Part shown: in pieces, positions 1 to 11,100 of the stretch
How positions within the stretch are numbered: the first letter of the stretch is position 1
How the letters are laid out: each line of letters begins with the position of its first letter
NCBI RefSeq assembly: GCF_039654945.1
Contig: NW_027361682.1
Location: 27,714,001-27,778,000, forward strand
From: Dendrobates tinctorius
Taxonomy: Eukaryota
Length of the DNA stretch: 64,000 nucleotides
Direction: 5' to 3'
Program-made: the position numbers and the translations under genes
Notes under the pieces: generated by a model
What the model was told of the DNA's origin: nothing
Seen by the model: only the letters and a program-made list of their open reading frames with translations
Databases searched by the model: none

Positions 1-1365
1 ATTCCCAAATCCTGCAACCTTTCCTCATAAGACAGGGTTTGCAGACCGGTCACCATTCTGGTCGCTCTTTTCTGAACTTGCTCCAGTTTGTTGATGTCTT
101 TTTTAAAATGTGGTGCCCAAAACTGGACACAATATTCCAGATGAGGTCTGACCAAAGAGGAGTAGAGGGAAATAATGACTTCACGTGATCTAGACTGTAT
201 GCTTCTGTTAATACATCCTAGAATTGCATTTGCCTTTTTTGCTGCTGCATCACACTGTTGACTCATATTCAGTCTGTGATCTATTAGTATACCCAAGTCT
301 TTTTCACATGTGCTGTCACTTAGCCCTATTCCTCCCATTCTATATATGCTTTTTTCATTTTTATTGCCCAGATGTAGTACTTTGCATTTCTCCCTGTTAA
401 AAACCATTCTGTTAGTTGCTGCCCACTTCTCCAGTTTATTTAAATCTTTTTGAATCCTCTCTCTCTCTTCTCTAGTATTAGCTATCCCTCCTAGCTTTGT
501 GTCATCAGCAAATTTAATCAGTTTACCCTCAATTCCTTCATCTAAATCGTTGATAAAGATGTTGAACAATACAGGGCCCAGGACAGAGCCCTGTGGTACC
601 CCACTTGAGACATTCTTCCAACTGGATGTGCAGCCATTTACGACCACTCTTTGGGTCCGATCACTAAGCCAGTTATGAATCCACCTAACAGTTGCCTTGT
701 CCATTCCATACTTAGTCATTTTTTCAATAAGGATTGTATGAGAGACTTTGTCAAATGCTTTGCTGAAGTCAAGATATACTATATCTACAGCATTTCCTTG
801 ATCCACCCAATCAGTGATACCGTCATAGAAGGAAATTAAGTTAGTCTGACATGACTTATTAGTTAGAAACCCATGCTGACTCTGTTTAATCACTTCATTC
901 TTATCCAGGTATCGACATACATGTTGTTTAATAATTTGTTCAAAGATCTTTCCTGGTATAGAAGTCAGACTCACCGGCCTATAGTTGCCTGGGTCCACCT
1001 TCTTCCCCTTTTTGAAGATAGGAACAACATTTGCTCTTCTCCAGTCTTCTGGCACTTCTCCTGTTCTCCAAGAATTTTCAAAGATTATGGAGAGGGGTTC
1101 AAAAATTTCTTCTGCTATCTCCTTCAGTACTCTGGGGTGTAATTCATCTGGACCTGGAGACTTGAATTCATTTAGGTTAGCTAAGTGTTTCCTCACTATC
1201 TTTCTGTTTATAGATATCCTGGATTCTTCTATTCCCTTAATAGGACAGTGAATAACAGTTGATGTTGCATTTCCTTTCTGAGAGAAAACAGATGCAAAAT
1301 AGGAATTTAAAAGTTCAGCCTTCTCAACATCCTGTCTTACCATTTCATCATTTTCATCCTGTAAA
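1..1365 (-). mobile_element. CR1 LINE ORF2 (reverse transcriptase) fragment, continues past window start
   Basis: Minus-strand translation gives YRPVSLTSIPGK, DFSKAFDKVS, SGVPQGSVLGPVLFNIFINDLD and KFADDTKLGG, all typical CR1 RT motifs. Confidence 0.9.
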
Positions 1366-3240
1366 ATGATAGTTTCCCATTTAGAGGGGCAAGCGTTAGC
1401 GTGGGTGAATCCCCTTTGGGAGCTTGATGATCCACTCGTCTCCCAGCTCTCCTTCTTGGACACCTTTCGCAATTTATTCGACGAGCCGGGTCGTCTGGTT
1501 TCCACCACCGAGTCCCTCTTTAACCTCCATCAGGGTACTCTGTTATGATTGAGTCACCGTAGGAGGCAAAAACAGAAATGCTAGCTAAGTCCAGAAAACC
1601 AGAGAAGTTGGCAGCTATCAGATTGCAGACCCCTGAACCTATCAACACAACTAGCAGTAGCCGTGGGGGGTTCCTACGATGCCCTAGACCCCTCGATCAC
1701 AGCCGGAGAATTAAATAGGCCTAAAGAAAGAAAGGGGAAATCTAAACTGCCCCAGAGCAGACCCCAAAGCAATAGGCAGCCCCCAACATATAATGACGGT
1801 GAAGCAAGATGAAAATACTAACACAGACAGAAAGATAGACTGAGCAAAGAGGGGCCCAAGCTAACTAAATAGAAAAGGACAGGAAGGCTGCTGTCTGCAA
1901 TCCGTGAAAAACCCTATGAAAATAAGAGCCAACAGATTGACAGTGAAAAAGGCCCTGAAGACGCTAGGCTTCAAAAAAGCTATGTCAGTACTCAGGAATA
2001 TACTGAAGACAGAGCTACAGGCAAAAGGAGATTCAGCTCACCCCAGCAGGGAATGGCAGAATACTGAAAAGCAAGGAAAACAAAAAACAAAGCAAAAAGC
2101 TAACAGGCAAAACAGAAACTTAGCTTTAGAGGAGCAGGAATCAGACTGGTGTCCTAGAAGTCCACAGAGAAATCACCCGCAGGGCAGAAGGGCGTCGGCA
2201 GCCTTATATCCAGTCCGTGACTCCACTCAGCCAGTCATCCTCATCAGACTCAGGTGCCTGATAATCAGGCTCATTACCTTCCTTTACCAGAATAGGGAGT
2301 TCACCAGATCCCAGTGACGAAGGGGAAAATGAACTCACAACAGTACTCTATCGGTAGGACAATATGCAATCCATTTTCGCACTTTGTCCTCCGAGCTCGG
2401 TTGGAAGAATGAGGCCCTCGTAGGGATCTTTTGGCATGGCCTGTCCAGTCAAATTAAAGATGAACTGGCAGGTCGGGAAACCCCTACTTCTTTAGAGGAT
2501 CTCCTCTCTTGCGACACGCATTTATTTGCGTTTCCAAGAGCGTGCCCATGAGGCAGCCAGAGAGAGAAGACCTCCTCGTCTCTCCTCGACCACCCGCAGT
2601 CCTCTCCACTCACACCCCGTGCCTTCTTCTGCGGCTCCCGTATCAGAGCCTATGCAGATACACCGTTTCAAGATGGCTGAACGGAGTCGCAAGGAGAGGC
2701 TTGCACAAAGACTCTCTGTGGGAGTCCCTCTCATCTCCTGCGCTCCTGTCCAGAGAAGCCAGGAAACTTCTCAGCCTAGGTTTGGTAGGAGAGGCCTCCC
2801 TAGGTTTACGTGATTCCTCTCCCCCCCGACCGTGTCTATTTTGCTGAATTGGCTTGAAGAGGCTTATATAGATTCAGGCGTGGCAGGGAATTTTATCAGA
2901 CTCAAGGTGGTTAAAAAATACCGGATTCCTGTAAGATCCCTGGAGACTACTCGGCTGTTAGCTTCGGTCGACGATAAACCCTTGCAGGAGACAGTTACCT
3001 AGGTCACCGAAGAAATTGAGCTGCAGATTGGAGAATTGCACCGAGAGATCTCCTTCCACATTTTGTTGACTATGTCTCACACGCTTCTTCTTGGTCTCCC
3101 TTGTTACGGACTCATGAGCCAACTCTGGACTGGCAATCCGGCGATGTACTTCGTTGGGGACCATCCTGTCAGAAGAAGTGCGTACTGCCCGTCCATTCGA
3201 TTTACTCTGCCTGTCCGTTCTCGGCATTTAGCGACGAGAG
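1366..3240 (+). mobile_element. Degenerate Ty3/gypsy (sushi-like) LTR retrotransposon gag-protease remnant, interrupted by a solo LTR
   Basis: Gag-like SHLEGQALAW...LHQGTLSVGQYAIHFRTLSSELGWKNEALVGIFWHGLSSQIKDELA reads in frame once 1541-2348 is removed. Aspartic protease motif AYIDSGVAGNFI at about 2860-2897. Stops and frameshifts are present. Confidence 0.85.
1541..2342. mobile_element. Solo LTR inserted in the gypsy gag
   Basis: Termini TGTTATGA...TCACAACA; direct repeat GTACTC at 1535-1540 and 2343-2348. Confidence 0.8.
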
Positions 3241-3379
3241 AAAGGTTATAACACGGAGGACCTTTATACCAAGTATAAACACGATAGAGAAAAAGGTCCT
3301 CCAAAGATATTATTTAAAATATTCAAGTTTTATTAAATAACACAAAAAATAATTGCTATCCCTCTTCCCTCACTCAATT

Positions 3380-3725
3380 CATCATTTGCAGTCTCCTGTC
3401 CCCTCCCCCCCACTTCATCATGTGCAGTCCCCTTTACCCCATGTCATCCTTTGCAGTTCCTTTTAACCCCCCACTTCACATGCAATCCCCCTTTATCCCC
3501 CTCCCCACATCATCATGTGTAGTCCCCCTTTAACCCCCTCCCCACATCATGTGCATTCCCCTTTAACCCCCCTCCTCACATCATCCTGTGCAGTCCCCCT
3601 TTAACCCCCCCACTTCAATATGTGCAGTCCCCCTTTAACCCCCCTCCCCAGATCATTATGTGCAGTCCCCTTTAACCCCCCACTTCAATATGTGCAGTCA
3701 CCCTTTAACCCCCCTCCCCACATTG
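3380..3725. repeat. Degenerate C-rich tandem repeat (tgtgcagtccccctttaaccccc...)
   Basis: About 10 imperfect 30-36 bp copies, probably internal to a non-autonomous DNA element whose hAT-like end GCTCATCACTA is at about 4539. Confidence 0.7.
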
Positions 3726-4336
3726 TCATGTTCACACTGCACCCAGGGTTGGAGCCGCACGTGGCATCATCCATCTAGTAAAGTTTCCCTACACTTTCTT
3801 GGTGTGCGGCAGCCGGGCGCAGACTCACCTGGTGCTGGCTGCTGGCATTGGCTGGGCTGGCAGGAATCCCTCGCAGAAGTGATGTGCAGGGTGAGCAGCA
3901 ACTCTGCTGCCAGCTGCACCATCCTCCAGGTCCAGGGGGGGCGTCTGGGTGGAGGAGCCGCCGCCAGCACCACCACCGCAGCAGCAGGAGCACTTGGGAG
4001 CCACTGCAGGACAGGAAGGAACAAAACCCCAGGGAAAGCTTCAGGTGAGGGCGGCGGCGGGCTTTTCAAACGTCTGCACAGGCCCTGGTGCGCGCTCTCC
4101 TGCTTCTCTGCACTCACTGATGAGGGCCGCCGCGGCCCTGGTCAGCATGTGCACCAAGAGAGTATGCGCACAACAGGGCCTGTGCACAAGATTTAAAGGG
4201 CCGGCGGCCCATTTTGAAGCTCAGAGCCGCCGGCCCAGTGGGCATTTGCCTGCCTTATCAAACCGGGCCTGGTGAAGACCTGAGTTTCTGCCGAGTAATC
4301 CCAGAAATGCTCGGTGCTCGCCGAGTACACCGAATA

Positions 4337-4483
4337 GGGCTCATACTCACTTGCAAGAGATTCTCCTGTGAGTCTCTCGCATTAAAACCTGGCACTGCCG
4401 CCGGCACTGGGACCGGAGCATGCATGTAGCCGCACGCTCCGGTCCGAGAATCGTGTGAGTCTGTCACAAGTGAGTATGAGCCC
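4337..4483. mobile_element. Short palindromic MITE
   Basis: TIR GGGCTCATACTCACTTG / CAAGTGAGTATGAGCCC. Confidence 0.7.
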
Positions 4484-4599
4484 GTACCCTGATACTCGGG
4501 TGAGTAAAGAGTCGTGGCGAGCACGTTAGCTCATCACTACTCCCAACTAACCATTCATGAGCGACATCCTTGAGTCACATGATTAGATCATTCGTCACG

Positions 4600-4874
4600 T
4601 GACATAGACTAACGCGTGAAAACTACGAATTCCGTAATGTCTACATCCGTGCTACGCGAATATAAGCATGCAATACAGTTTGCAAGGCATGACGGGATGT
4701 GTAGTTCAGCGTTTCCCCACGAATTACGTGACGCGTTCCAGCGTTAACTACAAATCCCATCGTGCCACCGCTACTTGTTTACTAGATGCTACATATATTT
4801 CCTTCGCAAGTTATTTCGGGAAGTGTAGTCTAAAAAAAGTGACAGCCGTTTCCTGGCTGTGCTGGCAGGTAAAC
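4600..4874 (+). promoter_or_regulatory. COG1 promoter with clustered ACTACA-nn-TCCCA (ZNF143/THAP11-type) motifs
   Basis: Motifs at 4622 (+, degenerate), 4687-4706 (-), 4747 (+, ACTACAAATCCCATCGTGC) and 4815-4830 (-); CpG-rich; immediately upstream of the ATG. Confidence 0.7.
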
Positions 4875-5177
4875 ATGGCGGCGGTGAGGCTGAATGAGGT
4901 GCGGGACCCCAGCGCCTTGTTTGAGGCGCACAGCGCGGAGGAGATCCGGGGACTGGAGAGGAAGGTGCGGGCGGAGATCGAGCAGAAGAAAGAAGAGCTG
5001 CGGCAGATGGTGGGGGAGCGATACCGGGACCTGATCGAGGCGGCGGACACCATAGGAGAGATGCGGAGGAGCGCGGGGCTGGTGGTGGAAGCGGTGCGGG
5101 GGATGGAGCGCTACTGCGGGGACCTGAGAGCCAAGCCCGGCCCGGCCGCGGGACAACGGGGAGGAGGTGCCGCACAG
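4875..5177 (+). CDS. COG1: COG1 coding exon 1
   Basis: ATG in AAACATGGCG; ends CAG|GTGAGA; Vps51/COG1 N-terminal coiled coil. Confidence 0.93.
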
Positions 5178-8100
5178 GTGAGAACACGGCCGGCTCTGCT
5201 GCATCTGTACAGGGGGAGAACACGGCCGGCTCTGCTGCGTCTGTACAGGGGGGGAGAACACGGCCGGCTCTGCTGCGTCTGTACAGGGGGGGAGAACACG
5301 GCCGGCTCTGCTGCGTCTGTACAGGGGGAGAACACGGCCGGCTCTGCTGCGTCTGTACAGGGGGGAGAACACGGCCGGCTCTGCTGCGTCTGTACAGGGG
5401 GGAGAACACGGCCGGCTCTGCTGCGTCTGTACAGGGGGGAGAACACGGCCGGCTCTGCTGCGTCTGTACAGGGGGGAGAACACGGCCGGCTCTGCTGCGT
5501 CTGTACAGGGGGGAGAACACGGCCGGCTCTGCTGCGTCTGTACAGGGGGGTAAATAGTTCTGGTTTTATTTTTCCCCGGAGTTTACAGGTTAATCACCCA
5601 AATATTTCGATAGTTCAGACTTTTTCTGATGCAACAAAATGTGACGAAATTGCTCCACTCTGATATCCCTGTGCAGCGATCTGAGATCGCGTTGGTTGCT
5701 GCTGTTACGGGCAGGTGCCGGCTGTATAAGGCTGTGTGCACACACAGCGTTTTTTTAGCGGTATTTTTAGCGGATTTGCCAATAAAACCGCTAAAAATAA
5801 GCTTCCCAGTCATTTCTATGCATTTTGTGCATACTGATGCGTTTTTTTTACCGCGAAAAAAACGCTTCGCGGTAAAAAACGCAGCATGCTCATTAATTTT
5901 GCAGATTTTTCCACGTTTCTGGCTATTTCGATGCGTCTTGAAAACGCGCGGAAAAAACGCATAAAAACCGCAGTTTCTGGGAAGGGAGTCAGGTTTTTCA
6001 GCAGAAATTTTCTGCTACATGTGCACATAGCCTTAGACAGCCATCGCCCACCAGGACCCAGGTGCAATTTTATGCCCCCGCTGGCATGTTATGGGCAGTG
6101 CAGCCCCCTAGTGGCTTCTAATGTGCCTCTCTTATGGACCCGCTGCTGTCTGTGCCCCCTGCACCCGTCCGACTTCTGTCCATCCGTCTTATGGTCACAT
6201 GCGGCTGGTTTTGGTGCCGACATCCGCGTCCCATACCTATGAATAGAGGGGTTTCCTGTTCACTTTGCATGGGGCTGCTACATATAGCAGAGCACGGGGC
6301 ATGTCAGAGCAGTCCCATGTAAATGTGCCTTTAGGTGGGTACACACAGTGATGACCCAGTCATGCCATGTCCCGTTGTCCAGTCCCAGGAGCGGTTTTAC
6401 TGCACGGCGGCCCAGATCAAGCTGCTGCTGGAGATCCCCGAGAAGATCTGGAGCGCCATGGAGTCGTCCCAGTTCCTGCTCGCCACTCAGCTCTACCTCC
6501 TGTGCTGCCACCTGCACTCCCTCCTGCGGCTGGACTCATCCATCTCCCGCTACAGCCCCGTCCTCGCCAAGTTCCCCATACTAATCCGCCAGGTGGCGGC
6601 AGCTGGCACCTTCCGGTAAGGACCATAAACGTCTTCTAAGTACAGCTCCGTCCCTCACCACAGGCTGCATCTAGTACTGCAGCTCCGCTCCAGTAATGTG
6701 AATGAAGCCGAGCTGTAGTACCAGGAGCATCCTGCGGGCAGGTGTGGCGCTGTTGGAGGAAGAAAGCGGCTGTGTTTTTTTTTCATGTGTGATTCCCATT
6801 GTCCCCTCTGCAGCACCACCATTCTGCAGGAGAGCAAATCCCTCCTGAGATGTTCCTCGGCCTCTGACCAGTCGGTGGCGGAGGCCCTCTGCTCCATCAT
6901 GCTTCTGGAGGACAGCTCCCCGCGACAAGCCCTGGCCGAATTCCTGCTCGCTAGAAAGGCTGGGATTCAGCAGCTGCTCAACCAGCCGCACCACGGTGAG
7001 GGACTTGGCCCGGTCCGGGGGCCACACAGGTTACAGGCCATGCACTGCTAGGTTGTACGCAGCACAGAGTATTTCAGGAGCAGAGTGTGCTGGTCTGATG
7101 GCAGGCGGTGCCATCTCACGGGGGATTTTAGTGACGACGGGGCTGTGCCTGGACAGGAGACAGCGGGGAGGGAAAGTGTTACTGGTTGATAATTTAAGGT
7201 GCTGGGTTACTCGGCAGCACAGAGGATTTCAGCAGAGCAGCTGCTATAATTGGATGCGCTGAGGAGGCTTTTAGTCCGGGCTGTGAGTCATGGGGACCAA
7301 ATGAATACCATAGCGAGTCACCGGCTGACCATTCAGGGACTTGGATTACTGTGCAGAGTGTTTCACCCCGGAGCTGATCGCAGTCCACTCACGTGAGGGC
7401 CTAATGTACAGACGGGGTGCAGAGCCCAGCGGTGTTGCCCATACCACTGTCAGCTTGTGCCCTAAGAGCGGCAGTCTGCTGAAACACTCTGTGCTGCTTT
7501 TGTATGACTATCGATCTAAGCCATCCATCATCCATTTTTTGTCTTCAAGGCTCCAGCATAAAGTCCCAGGTGTGTTCACTGGTAGAACTGTTGGCAAATA
7601 CCCTGTACCAGGCCCATGCCCTCTTCTATACACAGCCTGACGCCGTGCCGGCCGACCCTGCCCTCAGCTGTGGCCTCCTGTTCTCTATGTTAGAGACGGT
7701 CACCGCCAAGCAGGCCGGAGGTAAGATGCCCACATCTCTCACCGTTGCCAGCTCTTGTGCCATTGTGAGCTCTGATCTGTGGGGGTGCGCCCTGACTGCC
7801 GACCTGTGCCCTCTGACCTGTGGGGGCGCGCCCTGACTGCCGACCTGTGGGAGTGCGCCCTGGCCTGTGGGGGCACCCTGCCCGTCTCGTAATAATTTTT
7901 GTCTCTATACTATTACAGGTAAAGGCATCAAAGTATTGAGAGAGGAGATGCAGTCCATCAACTGGTCCAAGCACCTACCGCCCTCTGTCCTGGACTTCCA
8001 GCCCACCCTGCGGACCCTCGCTCGCCCTATAAACCAGGACTATCTACGAGAAACTCTGCAGCAGTGGATTAACCTGTAAGATCCCAGGTCCTGTATGTAC

Positions 8101-11100
8101 TTATTGATTGATGACCCATCCCGAGGGTAGGCCATCAATGTTTTCTGGTCAGCTGTTCCCGGTGTCGGCAGTGGCCGAAACTGCTCACTTGTGGAGCCGA
8201 GATCCATTTACTTGGCTTAACAGGACCCCCAGTCTCGTTATTGGCCCAGACCCCATGATTACTTGTAAATCCTATGAGAAAATGTTTGTTGGATAACCCC
8301 CTTTAAGAGTGGAAAATCCGTTTAAGAGCAAGGGTATGAGCGTGTATCTTATGCCGTTGTTGTATTTCCACCAGGTGCAATGAAGACATAAAATCTGGGA
8401 TTTCTGCACTGCTGGTCTACGTGAAGACCCTGAAGGGCCTGGCTGGTATCAGAGACGCCGTGTGGGAGCTGCTGACCAGCGACTCCATGAGCCAGAACTG
8501 GGAGAAGGTTTGTCAGCGACTACTGGACCATCCCATCCGGTTCTGGGAGGACATGATGCAGCAGCTATTCCTGGACCGACTGCAGGTCTGTCCTCGCTTT
8601 GGAGCTTATATATCCAGTCAGTAGAGACCATTTCCCAATTCCGAGGACCCTCATTAAAGGGGTTGTCCACTACTTTAAGAATTTTTATTAATGGTCAAAA
8701 GTCTAAAAAATAAATCTCTACTGGAACTGTGCCGCTCAGGCTTATGGCTGCCGGGGTCCCGTTTTCGGGGAAATGTCAGGTGATGGCTGTAGCCTTGACA
8801 TTCCTACTGAATAAGAAAAAACTCTCTTCTCAGCGGCCCAGTGCCCATAAGACAATGGTTGACCTATGCCATGTACCACAATGTCAGATGATGGCAGAAA
8901 ACAAGGATCGGGCATATTGGATTTCAATATGCCCAATCCTGTGTTATCATTCGAGATAAGCGACCACCTGAGGTGTCTGGGAGCTGCTTTTTCTTATACA
9001 CATGTATGGAGGGCCGCCTGTCGGCAGCTACGTATATGGACACCTTTAAAGGGCTATTGCCAACGCCAGCAGAGAAAGGGACGCACATGTGCATCCATTG
9101 CCTTTTAGAGCCCCATTGTCATGAGCAGTCGGACCCCCAGCCGCGTGTTGCCGACCCTGCGGATAGGGTGACAACTTGCACTAACTTTGTAATCTTGACA
9201 TTTTTTTTTTCCTCCTTGTTGCCCAGACGCTGATAAAAGAAGGACTAGAGTCGATCTCCTCGGAGTCGGTGCAGCTGCTGCTCTCCACCCTGCAGGACCT
9301 GGAGAAGAACCCGGACTCCCTGAAGCACATCCAACACGAAGGAAACATCTGCTCCTTCCTTTGGTCTGAAAGCCAAAGCGACCTTCCGCCAGACGCTGCC
9401 TGGATCAGCGTGGCAAACCGCGGCCCCCAGCGTAGGAGCGGCCTCTCCCTTAAAGCCCAGGCGGTCACTCCCTGCATCCAGAGCTTCTGCCAGGTCATAG
9501 ACTCCAAACTGAAGGTGAAACTGGAGGACTTGTTCTCCTACCTCCCGAGGGAGACGTCTGCCGGCGAGCAGCAGAACCAACCTCTTGGCGGCAAACCCTC
9601 GGCTTTCGATCGGTATGGGGATGCCCGCACGGTGCAAGAGATGTTATGCCACCACTGCCTCACGTGTATGCAGCACATCCAGGACTCGGTCAGGACACAG
9701 CTGAAATCTGCGGCAGATGCAGAGCCCGCAGATAACACTGCCATGTGCGGGCATACAGTGGGCAGGGTATTGTTCCTGGCAAGGTTGTGCCAGTCATTAA
9801 GCAAGCTTTGCCCTCATTTGAAGCAGTGCATCTTAGGAAAGTCCGGCGGCATCGAACATACGATACGGGAGGCTAAGACCACCAAGAAGTCCGGTAAAGG
9901 GAGGGCCGCCGACATGCCGCAAGTCCTCTGCAAGTGGCAGGAGCTGAAAGACCAACTCGTAAAACAGTCCCTGGATGCCTACTCCATCTGGAGCACCACC
10001 GTGGTAAAAGTAAGTGGTGGGAGGCAAAAGTGCTTTATAGATCACCATTATAATGACAGTGCCCACAATTCTGCAAATATCCGAGCTGAACTCTTAGGCT
10101 GGCTTCACATTTGCGGATGTCAGAGCTGCGAAGGGCTGCGTAGTTCCTCTGTGAAGCTCCGCCCACTGCCGCACCTCTTCCTTCAGCTCCGCCTACGTCA
10201 GCATGCATCCTGCGTACCTATCTTTAACATTGGGTATGCAGGCCGTGCGGATGTATGCGGATGCCTCCGTGTGCGTCGTTTTGACACTGGCGACCTGCGT
10301 CGAACTCAACATGTTGCATTTTGTTGCGGTCGCCGCATCGTCAAAACGACGCATACATAGGCATCCACATACATCTGCACGGCATGCGTACCCAATGTTA
10401 AAGATAGGTATGCAGGACGCTTGCAGGCTTAGGCGGAGCTGACCGGAGGAGGTGTGGCAGTGGGTGGAGCTTCACAGAGGAACTACACAGCCCTCTGCAG
10501 CTCTGCTGAACGCTAGTGTGAAACTAGCCTTACAGCAGCTCCTGCGCAGATCTTGCTTTAGTGGTTTTTCTTATTCTGGGACGTCATCTTCTGCCCCCTT
10601 GCATTGTAGAAGGTTTAGTGAGTAGCATTTCTCATTTGCACCTTTTTCCCACAGCACTTGGTACGTTCCTTCAAGAATACCTTGCTGCAGAGTGCGGCTG
10701 GATCAGCACTTGCTACCGCCACCCAGTGGGACGAAATAGAAATTCAGGAGGAAACGGAGGCGGGAAGCAGTGTCACCTCAAAGATTCGACTCCCTGGACA
10801 GGTGGGTAGTTTATTAGCACTGAAGCTGTTAACGTCGATCTTAAACCGAATTGGCACATTTATTAAGAGGCACGCCTATTGGTAAATTGGGGGCATCTTT
10901 AGCTATACTGGTGCCAGAAGATGAAATCTGTTATGAGGTGTAGATTGAGGCTCTAATTGCCCCAACTTCTGGCATCTACATGTCCGCTGAAGGCCCCACA
11001 CCTCCCTCTAGACACTGCTTAATTTTTCCATCACTAGAATATTTGTCTTATAATTCTACACCATAGAAATGGAGCCTTTATTTATTGTTGGCATGTTTAA

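Noticed and set aside
1366-3240. Domesticated gag gene (PEG10/RTL-like)
   Set aside because: Truncated, interrupted by a solo LTR, with stops and frameshifts.
3660-4275. Overlapping GC-rich ORFs upstream of COG1
   Set aside because: No recognisable domain; they lie within TE-like DNA between a tandem repeat and a hAT-like end.
4668-5663. 331-aa ORF as a single-exon protein or N-terminally extended COG1
   Set aside because: Only 4875-5177 matches COG1. The upstream part is promoter motif DNA and the downstream part is intronic minisatellite after a strong donor.
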